From: Lama guanicoe
Taxonomy: Eukaryota
Assembly (NCBI GenBank): GCA_013239625.1
Contig: MU053379.1
Span: forward strand, 1,046,974-1,110,973
Length of the DNA stretch: 64,000 bases
Direction of reading: 5' to 3'
Part shown: one piece after another, positions 52,526-64,000 of the stretch
Layout of the letters: every line of letters starts with the position of its first letter
How positions within the stretch are numbered: the first letter of the stretch is position 1
Notes under the pieces: model-generated
Database searches by the model: none
Told to the model about the DNA's origin: nothing
The model's input: only the letters and a program-made list of their open reading frames with translations
Translations under genes and position numbers: made by a program

Positions 52526-53139
52526 CCCGTGAAGCCAGAAGCCCTTTGTAGAGCCTTGCTCACCAAGGCCACCTTCTGAGAACAACATCCCGCTGGAGGG
52601 CTGCAAGTGCTCCTATAAAGGGAGGAACAGGAGACCCCAAAACTGAACTCCAAGGGGCCACATGAATGAGGTAGCTGTCAGAAGTTAAGTGAACATCCGG
52701 AGAGGCAAATGCTATGGCCTTAGATCCTAGAATCCCCGTCTCAGTTTCCTGTTCTCTGTGTATCTCTCTCTCCTCTCCCATCCCTGTGTCTGGTCTCAGC
52801 CCCCTCCCTCTCCTCCCCTTCCTGTCTCACCTTCCTCTCTCGTCAAGCTGAACCATGCAACTGGAAGATTCTACATATACACAGTCTCCTTGTCTATCGA
52901 CAAGATATATATTCCCTATTTTAAACTTTTAAACCAGGTGAATTTAATCTTTTATGTCTTTTGAAAACAAAACTAAAAACTAATCAGGTTGCTCTGCAAC
53001 TTTCAGGTGGTGGACTCTGGGCAAATTACCTACCATTCTGTGCCTCAGTTTCCTCATCTGTAAAATGGGGATGATAACAGTACCTATTGTGAAGATGAAA
53101 TGAGTTGATGCATATAATCAACTTTACCCTTTTCACCTT

Positions 53140-54480
53140 CTTTTGAAAGCTTTATTGAAGTTATAATTAATATACCTTAAAATTTACCCTTTCAAAGTGC
53201 ATAATTCAGGGGTTTAGTCGATTCACAGAGTCGTGAACCCATCATCATGATGTGATTCTAGAACATTTTCATCACCCCCAAAAGAAACTCATGAGCAGTA
53301 CTCCCCATCTCCCAACCCCTTATGCCCTTGGCAACCAGTAATCTATTTTCTGCCTCCATAGATATGCTTATTCTGGACATTTTATGTAAATGAAATCATA
53401 CAATACCTGGTCTTTCAAAACTAGCTTTTTAACTTGGCATAATGTTTTTAAGATGTCGAGGTTCCCCCACGTTGTGCCAGGTATCAGCACTGCGTTTCTC
53501 TCTCTCTCTCTCTCTTTTTTTTTTTGAGTGTATGTGTGTATATGTATATACTTTATTTTTTTTTCTTGGTGCTTTAAAAAATTTCCTAAAATTTCTTTTT
53601 TCCTCAACTTTATCGGGGTATAACTTGCACAAAAAAATCATGCATACTTACTTAAGGTGTGCAACGTGAAGATTTGGTACACCTACACATTGTGAAATGA
53701 TTACTATATTCAAGCTAATTAGCATATCATCACTTCTTATAGTTTACCTTTTTTGTGTGTGGTGAGAACACTTAAGATCTACTCTCTTTTTTTTTAATTT
53801 TTTTTTTTTTATTTTGAGGGGAGGAGGTAATTAGACTTACTTGTCTTTAGAGCAGGTGCTGGGGATGGAACCCAGGACCTTGTCCATGCTGAGCATGCGC
53901 TCTACCACTTGAGCTATACCCTCACCCCAAGATCTATTTTCTTAATATGAAAACATGAATATATGTATGTTCATGTATGACTGAAGCATTGTGCTGTACA
54001 CCAGATATTGACCCAACACTGTAAACTGACTATACTTCAATAAAAATACATATATATATAAGAAAAAAAAAGAGATATCACCCAGAAAAAAAAAGATCTA
54101 CTCAGCAAATTTCAAGTATACAATATAGTAATTTTTTTTAATAGAAGTACTGGGGATTGAATCCACGACAGAAAAAACCCAGTGTCCATTGCTGGATGAA
54201 TGGATAAAGAAGTTGTGGTATATGTACACAATGAAATATTATTCATCCATGAAACAAGGAAATCTTGCCATTTGCAAAAATATGGATGAAGCTGGGACAT
54301 TCACTATGCTAAGTGAAATAAGCTGGACTAAGAAAGACAATAACGTATGATTTGACTTATATGTGGAATCTAAAAAAAGTTGAAGTCAAAGAAGCAGAGA
54401 GTGAAATGGTGGTTGCTAGGGGCTGGGGTAGGGGCAGTGGGGGAAATGGGGGAAATACTGGTCAAAGGATAAACAGCTTT
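53140..54480. mobile_element. Cluster of L1 3' fragments in both orientations with nested SINEs
   Basis: Minus-strand L1 3' ends at 53140-53790; plus-strand L1 end at 53944-54093; plus-strand L1 at 54170-54480. Confidence 0.7.
53789..53928 (-). mobile_element. tRNA-Ala-derived SINE with TSD, inserted in an L1
   Basis: Poly(T) then reverse-complement body; TSD AAGATCTACTCTCTT / AAGATCTATTTTCTT. Confidence 0.85.
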
Positions 54481-54873
54481 AAAAAGTGCACATTGCCTGA
54501 ACATACTCAGTGTCTGCATGTCATGAAGAGACATTTTTTATCCTCCCTGTGGGCGAGTGGTCCTCAATTTTAAAGCTTCCACGTTGTAGTAGAGACTGTC
54601 TGTACTTACCCCTGTGATTATACCAGGAGCACCTCTCACCTGGAGTCACCAGTGGTTAAGCAGGTCTTTTCCACTTAATCAGCATAGTGATGATTCACCA
54701 CGGAGAGGAGGCAAGTGAGGAGTTCAAGACAAGCGAGCACCTGGATCCTGGAGGAGACTTGCTGGAAGGTTGTAACTGAGAAGTGGGTCTTGAATCTTCT
54801 CCTGTATTGGGTGATACTGACTCTGGAGCAGTAGATCCACACCCACACTTAACTTTGGGGAGCAGTTAATTGC

Positions 54874-55232
54874 TGTCTTAGTTCTGCCACCATAACAAAA
54901 ACACCATAGACCAAGTGGCTTATACAACAGAAGCTGATTTCTCACAGTTTTGGAGGCTGGGAAGTCTGAGATCAGGGTGCCTGCCTGGTCAGGTTCCAGT
55001 GAGGGCCCTCTTCCTGGTCTGCAGGTGCCAGCTCCTCGCAGTGTCCTCACTTGGGAGAGACAACAAGCTCCAGGCTCTTACTCTTCTTAGAAGGATGCTA
55101 ATCCCATCATGGGGACCCCACCCTCATGACCTCATGGAACCTCCTTACCTCTAAAGGCCCCACCTCGTAATACCATCCCATTGGCAGTTACAATTTCAAC
55201 ATAAGAATGAGGGATACACAAACATGTAGAAC
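54874..55232 (-). mobile_element. MaLR LTR (MLT1A-like)
   Basis: TGTCTTAGTTC...CCATAACAAAAACACCATAGAC...TCTCACAGTTTTGGAGGCTGGGAAGTCTGAGATCAGGGTGCC...CCCACCTCGTAATACCATC. Confidence 0.75.
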
Positions 55233-55574
55233 AGAATTGCTACCTGATTGATGACAATCAGTTGTCTCCTCTCTGCCTTTTGTATTGTGACTATTTGATG
55301 GACCAGCCTGTCTTCCTTCCAGGCACTGAGCTGCTTGAGGGATGGGGACTACCTTGAATTCACTGCTCCTGGCACCTTCAGTCAAAGTTTGTTGGGAAAA
55401 AAAAAAGAGCCATCAATCAGCAATCTAGACCTTCCTTTTTGAAAATGTATTCATTAGTAAAAACTCTTCAAGTTGTCTCAGAAAACTGCTTTCGTTCAAA
55501 CACACTGGACACGCTTAAAAATACACTCAGAACAGATGGAAATTTTTTTATTTTTTATAAAAAAAAATTTCCCC

Positions 55575-55660
55575 CCTTAATGGAGGCACTGGGGATTGAA
55601 CCCAGGACCTTGTGCACACCAAGCATGCGCACTACCACTGAGCAATACCCACTTATCCCC
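55575..55660 (-). mobile_element. tRNA-Ala-derived SINE
   Basis: TGGAGGCACTGGGGATTGAACCCAGGACCTTGTGCACACCAAGCATGCGCACTACCACTGAGC. Confidence 0.8.
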
Positions 55661-56699
55661 CAGAAATTAAAAAAAGTTGGTTTCAGTGTTTGATGGTATG
55701 CAGTCTCTCACCACCCAGTAATTTATGTGACAATAACCACAGAAAACACCCTATTTAGGTTTAGAAATATTTAAACAGATAATCCATTTCCGACTTTGAC
55801 AGTTAACACATACAGGACTTTTAAAAAATAGAATAACAATACATTTCAAGAAGACAAATTGAAAAATCAGTCTTGATAGAATCAAAGGCTGATAGAATAA
55901 AGGCCTAACTCTCTCTAAGGACATGCAGCTTTATTGAAGGCTCACTGACTTGGAGGAAAAATGTCTGGAGTCTACCACAAGTAAGAAGCAGTCTAACGTA
56001 GTTTTTATTTCTTTACAGAAATACGCTAATATGCCCTGAATTAAATTGCTTCTAACTCCAAGGTCTATTAGGGCAGGGACCCCGTTCCCCAATTCAATAG
56101 TACTTTCTCTGCTGAGAAAAATGCTGCAGACGAAATGACATTTGAAATGGGTATTTACATTTTAAAAATCATTTTTATCTTACTACATTTCTTAAGAGCA
56201 ACATTCACCTCATGTCTGGAATAGCCAAGCACTATAGAGATGAATGTCCTAATCAAGGCAGAGCCCAAATCAACAGCGTCCATAGTTGTTTGCACAGGAA
56301 GGAGTTCGTTCTCTGTGAATTTTAGAGGGAAAGAATGACTTAATAATAATACCTCTTCATTGAAAAGCCAAGTGTCTGTCTCCACCGTGCACACTGCCTT
56401 ATGCGGTTCCCCACTCGCTACTTCAATCATGTATGTTTCCAGTCACGTGGGCATGAACCCTGCCTTAGTGACGGCGGGAACCTGGTGTAGAAGTGATCTA
56501 TCTCTTAAGGATTACGTGGGCAGCAAGGTGACCAGCGCTTTCCGTATCAGGAAGCAAGGGGGTCCCGCTGCCCAGGGAGCATGCTCTCTAGCCAGGAAGC
56601 GTTTCAATTTCAAGAAAAACCACACCCTGACCAGCCACCCTACAGAGTCAAGGTGAAAGCAGGTGACAATGTTTTACACGAGAAACTCCATTCCTAGGG

Positions 56700-57620
56700 G
56701 CACCTCGCCCGCCAAAGAGGCACCTGCGTTTGGTGAAGCTGGTATTGAGCAAAGCAGCAAAGTGCTCAGAAGGGACGCGTGTGGCAGAGAGGTCCGCAAG
56801 GTACCCGGTCCGGAATCTCGACCCCGCGGACCCTCCAGGCCTGGAACCCCTGCCTGGAAGGTGCTGGGGCCAGCTCTGGGTCAGGACCCCTTAGACTTTG
56901 ACTTTCGAGTGTTCCTCCCCGACCACCTGCAGGGTAGGGAGGGGTTCCCTCCTGTCCTGGGGCCCCACCCGGAGCCGCGCTGTCATCTGAGCAGGGACAC
57001 CGATCGGCGCTCGGGCGCTCGGCTCTCGATTGCTCCTGCCTGGCGGCGGCGCGCGGCACTCGTGGCGGCTGGGGCTCTGCGCTCGAGGGGTCGAGCCTGG
57101 CCCGCACCGGCAGCGACGCGCGCCCGGCGGCGGCCGCGGGGCCTCAGGCGCGGGGAGGAGGCCGCGGCGGCGGGCGCGGGGATGTCGAGGAGCTCGAAGG
57201 TGGTGCTGGGCCTGTCGGTGGTGCTGACGGCGGCCACCGTGGCTGGCGTGCATGTGAAGCAGCGGCAGGACCAGCAGGTCGGTGTCACGTGACCGCTTCT
57301 TCCGGGCCCCGCGCGGCCGCAGCGACCTCGACCTCGGGCCTGGGGTCTGACTCCGCGTGGCTCCCCGCTTCCTCCTCGCCTTTCCTGCCTCCCCGTCCCC
57401 TCCTCTCCCCTCCTCCGCGGCCGCGTGTCCTCGAGGCCGGGGGACCCTCCAGGGGCCGCCAGCGGTCCCTTCTCGAGTCGGAGCCCCCCTGCAGGAATAC
57501 GGCCCCCTGAGCATCTGGCAAGTAGAGGCGGAGAGGTGGCTGCATTCGGCCGGTTACCGCCTGTCCCTACCCCCACGCCCAGGTTGGGTTCTCCCGTGTT
57601 CAGATGCTAGTGAGACTTTA
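56700..57620. promoter_or_regulatory. CpG island promoter of PET117/KAT14
   Basis: GC/CpG-dense region around PET117 exon 1; palindromic E-box GTCACGTGAC at 57284-57293. Confidence 0.85.
57182..57277 (+). CDS. PET117: PET117 coding exon 1 (cytochrome c oxidase assembly factor, hydrophobic N-terminus)
   Basis: GGGATGT start; MSRSSKVVLGLSVVLTAATVAGVHVKQRQDQQ (32 codons); donor CAG|GTCGGT. Confidence 0.94.
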
Positions 57621-59454
57621 TCCCGCGATAAAGAAGGCAGCCCCGCATCCCTCTTCGTGCCTTTGGCCAAGGTACTTGGTGAGATACTTGTCTGTGTGTG
57701 TCTCTCTTTCTTCCTTTTTAAGGAACAGTTTGCCATGGAAACTAGATTCTGGGAACGGTAGCGATACCAGCCTCCACATTTTCCTTTTTCGGTACTTTTA
57801 TTTCTGGAAATATACGTGACTTACTGCTTAGTGGGCTGACCATCCACGCTGTGTCTCTCGGTTCATACTTTCTCCCCTTTTCAAGTTGGCAAACGTTTAA
57901 TGGCCGATCTCTGTGCACCAGGGTCCACTCTAGGCGCTTTGGGAAACAAAAGGAGGCGCAGCTGCTCCTGAGACTGTAAATGATTGAAAACAGTGCTGAA
58001 GGTGGAGCGTGTGAAGGGGCAGCCAGGTGGGTGCGGGTGTTAGGGTGGAGCCTGGTTTGCCGACGGTGGAAGTCATGAATCAGTAGTAAACGGGCGTGTG
58101 TCGCCTTGCACTGTGCCCTGCGCTTGGTGTGTAGTCTTTGTCCTCGGACACACTGTGGAAATCAGAGGAGAGGAAGCCTTAGATGATACAAAGAATTTAG
58201 AGGGAAACGGAATGATTAATGATGACAGGGCCTGGAAGAGATTGGAGATTTGGGATTAAAGTAGAGGTTCTCGGGGTAGCTTTTGGAACACAGGAGACTT
58301 CCTCTTCTAAGAAGGAAAAGGTGGTGATGGGGAGAAAATTTGAGATGAGGTAGAGAATAGTATGTTGGATGTAGCTCTGAAGTCAGTGGCGGGATTTTCA
58401 GTGTGGTGTAGGGTTGGTTAAAAGCCCGGTTCTGACCTCTAGCTACACATTCGATTGTTCTGGGGAGTTTCTACCATGTAACAGGCTGGACCCTGCCCCA
58501 GACCTGTTAAACGAGAATCTCTTGGGGATGGAAATTCCTCTTAGGTATATTTTAAAAGTGGCTCCGGGATTCTAACATGCAGCCAGGGTTGGGAACCACA
58601 GTTAGCGCAAGAACAGGAAGATTTAGACACCTGGAAATTAGAGGTGAAGATTAACCAAAGTAACCTGTGTTTATTTTACACCCAGTCACTCATTTTGGGC
58701 TTCCTTTCTTGTAGTGGGAGCGAGTAGGTCAAGTGGTATGACACTGTGGATGTGTTGGAAGGTTCAAGGAAGCGAGAAATAAGATGACTCTTGCCTTCAG
58801 TTGTTGACTGCCACATACCAGGCACTGTACTTACAGCACTGTACACACAGCATCTTTAATCCTCACAGGAACTCAGCCAAACCTGCAGTACTGCACGAGG
58901 AGCCAGAGCTCTAGGTGTTAGAGGTCTTGGCCGTTAGGAAGGTGTCCCAGGAAGGATGTGCGGTGTGAGGCAGTCAGCAGAGACCTTGAAACTTGGAGGA
59001 AGGTAGCAAGCAATGGCTGGAGGACAAGGTCTGTGCCACGTGCTCAAGTCTGAGAAAGGAAGGGAGGACCTCAGAGGTGAGTGTGGAGAGTGATTCCAGC
59101 GGACAGTGTGGGCTTCAAGGACTGGGTGGAGTGTGTAGTGAGGAGTAGGAGACAGGAAGAGCTGGGGGTGGGGAAGCAAGGAGTGAGCGCCTCCATTTCT
59201 GTCTGGAAATCTCTGAAAGAGTGTGGGTTTCAAGAAAGTTGGTTTTCAGTTTCGTTCAGTCCCAGGACTCTTAAGTTCCCTAGCTCCCCCGAAATGGGGA
59301 ATGAGCCTCTAGATCTAGAGAAGGTCCAGCAAGTAGGTACTTGGTGATTTTTAAAGATAGACATAATGGTAATTAAAAGAAAACATAACCCATGCCCTAC
59401 CCACATTATTCTGTCAAACAAGGCTGCCTGTTAAAAAGTTAATTTATTTTGTCA

Positions 59455-59577
59455 GGGGGAAGGTATAGCTCAATGGTAGGGCGTGTGTGTAGCATGCATG
59501 AGGTCCTGGGCTCAATCCCCGGTACCTCCATTAAAAATAAATAAAAATAAATGAATAAAAACCTAACTACCCCCCCA
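59455..59577 (+). mobile_element. tRNA-Ala-derived SINE in PET117 intron 1
   Basis: GGGGGAAGGTATAGCTCAATGGTAGGGCG head, AAACCTAACTACCCC tail, degenerate TSD AAAGTTA..TTTTGT. Confidence 0.82.
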
Positions 59578-60298
59578 AAGTTATAATTTTGTGACCTATA
59601 ACTATAAAATGTTAGTTATTAGTAGTGACTGAACTGATGCTTTAAAAAGTTTCATCTTATGTACCAGGTCCATATTCTGGTATTTTCTGCCTGTCACTGG
59701 TGCTTATCAAAGTAACTACCATTGATGGGCTTTTATTTTTTCCTCTGCTAGTAACATTCTTTCCCCCTCTTCTCTCCCCATTATGTAATTGATAGGAATT
59801 CTGTGTAATTTTTAGTTTTTCTCCTTACATGCTACAAGAAGCCGGGTTCTTTACTTTCTTACATCCTTACAGTTTGTTCAAATTTTAATAATTTTTTTCT
59901 CTCATGTTTATTATGGCTAGGACAATTGCTGATAGGAATGTAGTTCACAGTTACTCAGGTGACTCAAGTTTTTAAAAGCATCGTGTATCAGTTAAGCTTT
60001 TTAAAATGCAGCGTAGTGGCAGTTTTTTCTTTTTTAATTGTTATTTCCCATTATACTAAATGATGAGGAATTTCTTAAAGTAGAAGTCATTTCAGTAATA
60101 ATTGTAGCACCCTACCAAATTAATTTGATGGTTTCTTTATTACATTTACATTTATACAGAAGGTTAAAAAGTGATTGGGTACTTGGAATCTAAAAGTTTT
60201 AAGTGTATTTTGGTAACACTGTTTTTTGGATTTCAGTGGCACCAGGATGGGAACCACCTGTTCAGGGTGTTACTGAAATCTGTTTCTTACGTTTTTAG

Positions 60299-60448
60299 AG
60301 GCTTCGTGACGGAGTGATCAGAGACATTGAAAGGCAAAATCGGAAAAAAGAAAACATTCGTCTTTTGGGAGAACAGATTATTCTGACTGAGCAACTTGAA
60401 GCAGAAAGAGAGAAGGTGGTGTTGGCAAAAGGATCTCAAAAAACATGA
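60299..60448 (+). CDS. PET117: PET117 coding exon 2
   Basis: Acceptor GTTTTTAG|; RLRDGVIRDIERQNRKKENIRLLGEQIILTEQLEAEREKVVLAKGSQKT* (TGA 60446-60448); total 81 aa. Not in the ORF track because it is too short. Confidence 0.94.
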   Translation, partial: RLRDGVIRDIERQNRKKENIRLLGEQIILTEQLEAEREKVVLAKGSQKT

Positions 60449-60745
60449 CTTGAAATGAATGTGAAATATCGATGGAACAGACAGCGTTGAGTGTGTGTGT
60501 GTGAGTGAGTGTTGGTGAACAGCTTAGTGAAATCTTCAGCTTTTTTTTGGTCACTATCCTTTTAGACTTGATCAAAAAAAGGACAGTGGATCATATATTC
60601 TAAACAGTTGTTTTAAGAGCCCCTGAGTAAAGATGGGCACATGCTCTTCTGAAGCAGTTGTAGGATCCTGCTAGGAGCCCTTCAAGCTCAGTGTCCAGAG
60701 CTGAGGATTGTCCCCGAGGAGCACTCTGGACCTGCAGAAGGAGGG

Positions 60746-61004
60746 ATGGAGAGTAACATCCACCTGAGCAGCTTGATCAGCCGGCACGATGACGAAGCCA
60801 CGAGAACGTCGACCTCGGAAGGGCTGGAGGAGGGCGAGGTGGAGGGGGAGACGCTCCTGATTGTTGAATCGGAGGACCAAGCGTCCGTGGACTTGTCCCA
60901 TGACCAGAGCGGGGATTCGCTCAACAGTGACGAGGGAGATGTGTCGTGGATGGAGGAGCAGCTGTCCTACTTCTGTGACAAGTGTCAGAAGTGGATCCCG
61001 GCCA
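60746..61004 (+). CDS. KAT14: KAT14 (CSRP2BP/ATAC2) first coding exon
   Basis: Strong Kozak GGGATGG; MESNIHLSSLISRHDDEATRTSTSEGLEEGEVEG...LSYFCDKCQKWIPA; donor A|GTAAGG; 259 nt. Confidence 0.93.
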
Positions 61005-61817
61005 GTAAGGAGCTTCTCAATTCCTTTGCTTTGTCAGTTCCTATGTGTAGGTTTGTTTTTGCAACCTGTGAAAGAAACACGAATGTAAAATAGACCTAAA
61101 TAAAAAGATAACTGTTACATCTATTGTTAGTTTAGTTGATTAACTGCAAAATTATATAAAACATAGACACATTTGTACTGCTAAATATTACTGCCAACCT
61201 CCATTACCTTGTTAAATTAACAGTCTTGATTGTAACCCAATAAAAGTTAGAAAATTGGAAATCCTGTGTTACTTAAAGAATTAGCCACATTATTCTATCA
61301 CGATAACGTTATTGTGGATTTGGGGCCAAATTCTAGGCCCAGCATAGAACTGAAGGTTAGGCTCATAAAAATGACCCTGGTGATATTTAACTCACATGGA
61401 AAATGACTGCATGGTATGCTGATGTAAGGTCGGAGTTAGCAGGTGACAGTGCTTTGTGCCCTAGGCCCCTTCCTGTTCGCTGCTTGCTGCCTCCTTCATC
61501 TGCAGGCAGTAGTTACACACACGCGCGCGCTCCTGACAGCGCAGTTCTTCAGCTCAGTCTCTTCTGCTGTCAGCTTCCAGCTCTCAGGGCACCAGGACTC
61601 TTACCCAACAGGATTTTTCCATTAAGCAGAGACTAGTAAAGACATATGTACTAGAGGAATATTTTGTGTAATAGAATTTGTAACTAGGTCAGAGAAATTT
61701 ACGTATGTGTACATATGTATATATTACTGTGAAGTGGGTCGTTTTCGGGTATGTAAGGATGTTTTTAAGATGGATTCAACTCTTCAGATTAACAGTTACT
61801 TTAATAAATGAATACCA

Positions 61818-61868
61818 ATCACTTCTCAGCTAAGATCAAATGTAGTATCTATTCTTACCAGTTTAATA
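61818..61868 (+). pseudogene. 3'-truncated U2 snRNA pseudogene fragment in a KAT14 intron
   Basis: ATCACTTCTCAGCTAAGATCAAATGTAGTATCTATTCTTACCAGTTTAATA aligns to the U2 5' end (ATCGCTTCTCGGCCTTTTGGCTAAGATCAAGTGTAGTATCTGTTCTTATCAGTTTAATA) with an 8-nt deletion and a few substitutions. Confidence 0.85.
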
Positions 61869-62934
61869 CATTAATACTATTTTCACAGAAAACAAACCTA
61901 AAATTTATTGCATGTTAGCTAATTTTTGCTTCCGAGCTGTCTCTGCTTATAAATTCAGGGTTCTGCCTTAAAGTCTCAGTGGCTTCCCCACTCCTCACAG
62001 CATACGTTTCACAGCACACTTCCTGAGGGCCCTGCTGCCTCTCCAGCCTCTCTCCTTAGTGTCCTCCTGTCCCCACACATAGACACAACGTGGCTGCAGC
62101 ACAGGTGAACTTACAATTCTCCACAAGCACTTCTCGTCCCTAGGACTGTGCATTTAAATGTCCTCTGGCCTCCACACTCCCCACCCCCATCACAACACAC
62201 AAGCACCTCTTTTCACCTGCCCATTCTAGCCATCCTTCCTGCCCCGTCACCCCACTTTCTCTAGCTCTGCTGTCTTCCTGCCGTGGTAGGCACCTCTGTG
62301 TGCCCTCACGTTGCCCTGCGGCGCCCATCACGTTCCACTCCAGTGGTTTTCACGTCTCCCAGAGCATCAGCATCACTCGGGAAATGTCCAAAATGCCCTG
62401 CTTCTAGAGGTTGGTTTATTTCACGTGGGCTCAGCTCAGCCATATTTAAAGCAAAAAACAACCCCCCACGGTGAGGAAGCGAACCCTTGTGCTGCTGGGA
62501 CTACCTTCTTGCTCCTGTGCAGCCCACACAGCATTTGTGAGCCTCTGGGAAGTGGCACCGTGTCGTCTTGGGTGTTGTGTTTCCGGTTCCCAGTGCCTGG
62601 CTCAGTGGGAGCTCAGAGATGTTTTGGAAGAATGTGGGAAGAGACCTGTAGGAGTCAGGGAAGTTAACAGTTGGGTAGCCAGTGAGAGCAATCCTACCTG
62701 CTTTTCCAGTGTCTCCCGAAAGTTAGGGAACAACAGATCTCAGCTGGCATGCACTTGATGTTGGAAGAATACAAATCTTCTGTACTGCCTTCCCCACCCC
62801 ATCCTGCCGTCTTGGGTTGGCTGAAAAAAAAAGGAAAACAGCCTGGGAAACTTGGAATATGATGGGTAAATTGAACCTTTGGGTTACCTCTGCTCTGGAC
62901 AGACTTGTGACGTGCCTTTTTGTTTTTCTCCTAG

Positions 62935-63053
62935 GTCAGCTGAGGGAACAGCTCAGTTACCTTAAGGGTGATAATTTTTTTAGGTTTACTTGTTCCGATT
63001 GCTCAGACGACGGCAAGGAGCAGTACGAGAGACTGAAGCTGACTTGGCAGCAA
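62935..63053 (+). CDS. KAT14: KAT14 second coding exon (gene continues beyond window)
   Basis: Acceptor TTTTTCTCCTAG|; (S)QLREQLSYLKGDNFFRFTCSDCSDDGKEQYERLKLTWQQ; donor CAA|GTGAGT; 119 nt restores phase (259+119=378). Confidence 0.93.
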
Positions 63054-64000
63054 GTGAGTAGAAAGCCCTCCCCTGCACTTCGTGAGGCTGGTCCCCCGGG
63101 AATGTATTGGGGTGAGTGTCTAGAGAATGAGGAACTAAACGTAGGAGCTTTGGAGTTGTTTTGAGGGTCACTTCATTTCACAGTGAAAATCATACACGAA
63201 TATGTGGAGAAAGGAGTTGTGGGTAAAAGTACCCATCACTGCTAACTTAGTGATTTTTGAGAATCTAGCCTACACGGTTTCATTTATGTGTAATACCAAA
63301 CTCTGATTTTAATTGAAGAGGTTCACATTTTTTCTTATAGCTATTTTTAGAAAACTAAAACCATTTTTTAAAATGTAAAGATGTTGAATCACTGTGCTGT
63401 ACACCTGACAGTAACACAATATTGTCAAGCAGCAGTGCTTCAATTTAAAAAAAAAGGAAAGAAAAGATGGCCACCCTGATCTCAACCAGCTGCGGCCTGA
63501 ACAGCATCTTTTAACTGATTGTTGTCTTCATTTTTTTGGTTTGTTTTTACAGTGATATGTTATAACAAGGCACCAAATATACATGCAGTCTTTGAGTTCT
63601 AAGAATGTATGAATTAGACATTGCTCATTTGGTTTTTATATTTATTCTACAAAAATTGAGTGCATGTGATGAACCAGGCACTATTCCAGGCCTGGAAAGT
63701 AGAATCTGTTCAAGACCAGCTGATTCTCTTTCAGCTCGCTCTTCTTCAGGGGGAGCAGGACAGCCCAGCCCCCTGCCCCTGGCAGCTGACATTCTAGACA
63801 TTTATTTCAGACAGTAAACAGACAAATGAACAAGTTAATTGCCTCCAGCACTTCTTGCTATGAAGGAAATAAACAGGATAATGAGTAAGAGATTTTAGAT
63901 TATACCCTCTAAGCCACTTAAGGTGTTAAATTGTAGCTGTGTGAGCAGCCTTGGACTGTTACCTTAATCATCAGTGCTTTATTAGGGCATCTCCTAATGA

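Noticed and set aside
56669..57181. In-frame ATG 171 codons upstream of the PET117 start
   Set aside because: It lies in GC-rich promoter sequence, probably upstream of the TSS, and would bury the N-terminal targeting segment of an 81-aa protein; no supporting homology recognised.

Overview
Mammalian genomic DNA, most likely a camelid (camel/alpaca/llama), judged from about 13 copies of a tRNA-Ala-derived SINE with an AAACCTAATTACC(T)CCCC tail and artiodactyl-type L1 3' ends. The window holds the complete OVOL2 gene (minus strand, 4 coding exons, 828 nt = 275 aa, CpG-island promoter at about 24.6-27.7 kb), a ~30 kb repeat-rich intergenic region, the complete PET117 CDS (plus strand, 2 exons, 81 aa) and the first two coding exons of KAT14/CSRP2BP. 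KAT14's start codon lies 297 nt after the PET117 stop, probably in the same exon. The most unusual structure is a near-identical tandem duplication (47097-49216 / 49217-50995). Its copies differ by a 335-bp block, and each carries a 30-bp hairpin fused to a 75-bp copy of sequence from 52492-52566. Other observations: a candidate upstream OVOL2 exon whose splice junction would create an in-frame GUG start, intronic poly(A) signals after the first KAT14 coding exon, a U2 snRNA 5' fragment, nested and double-hit retroposon insertions, and a higher-order GGATG repeat. I see no evidence for a wholly new gene system. Repeat subfamily names are recognised by eye and their boundaries are approximate.
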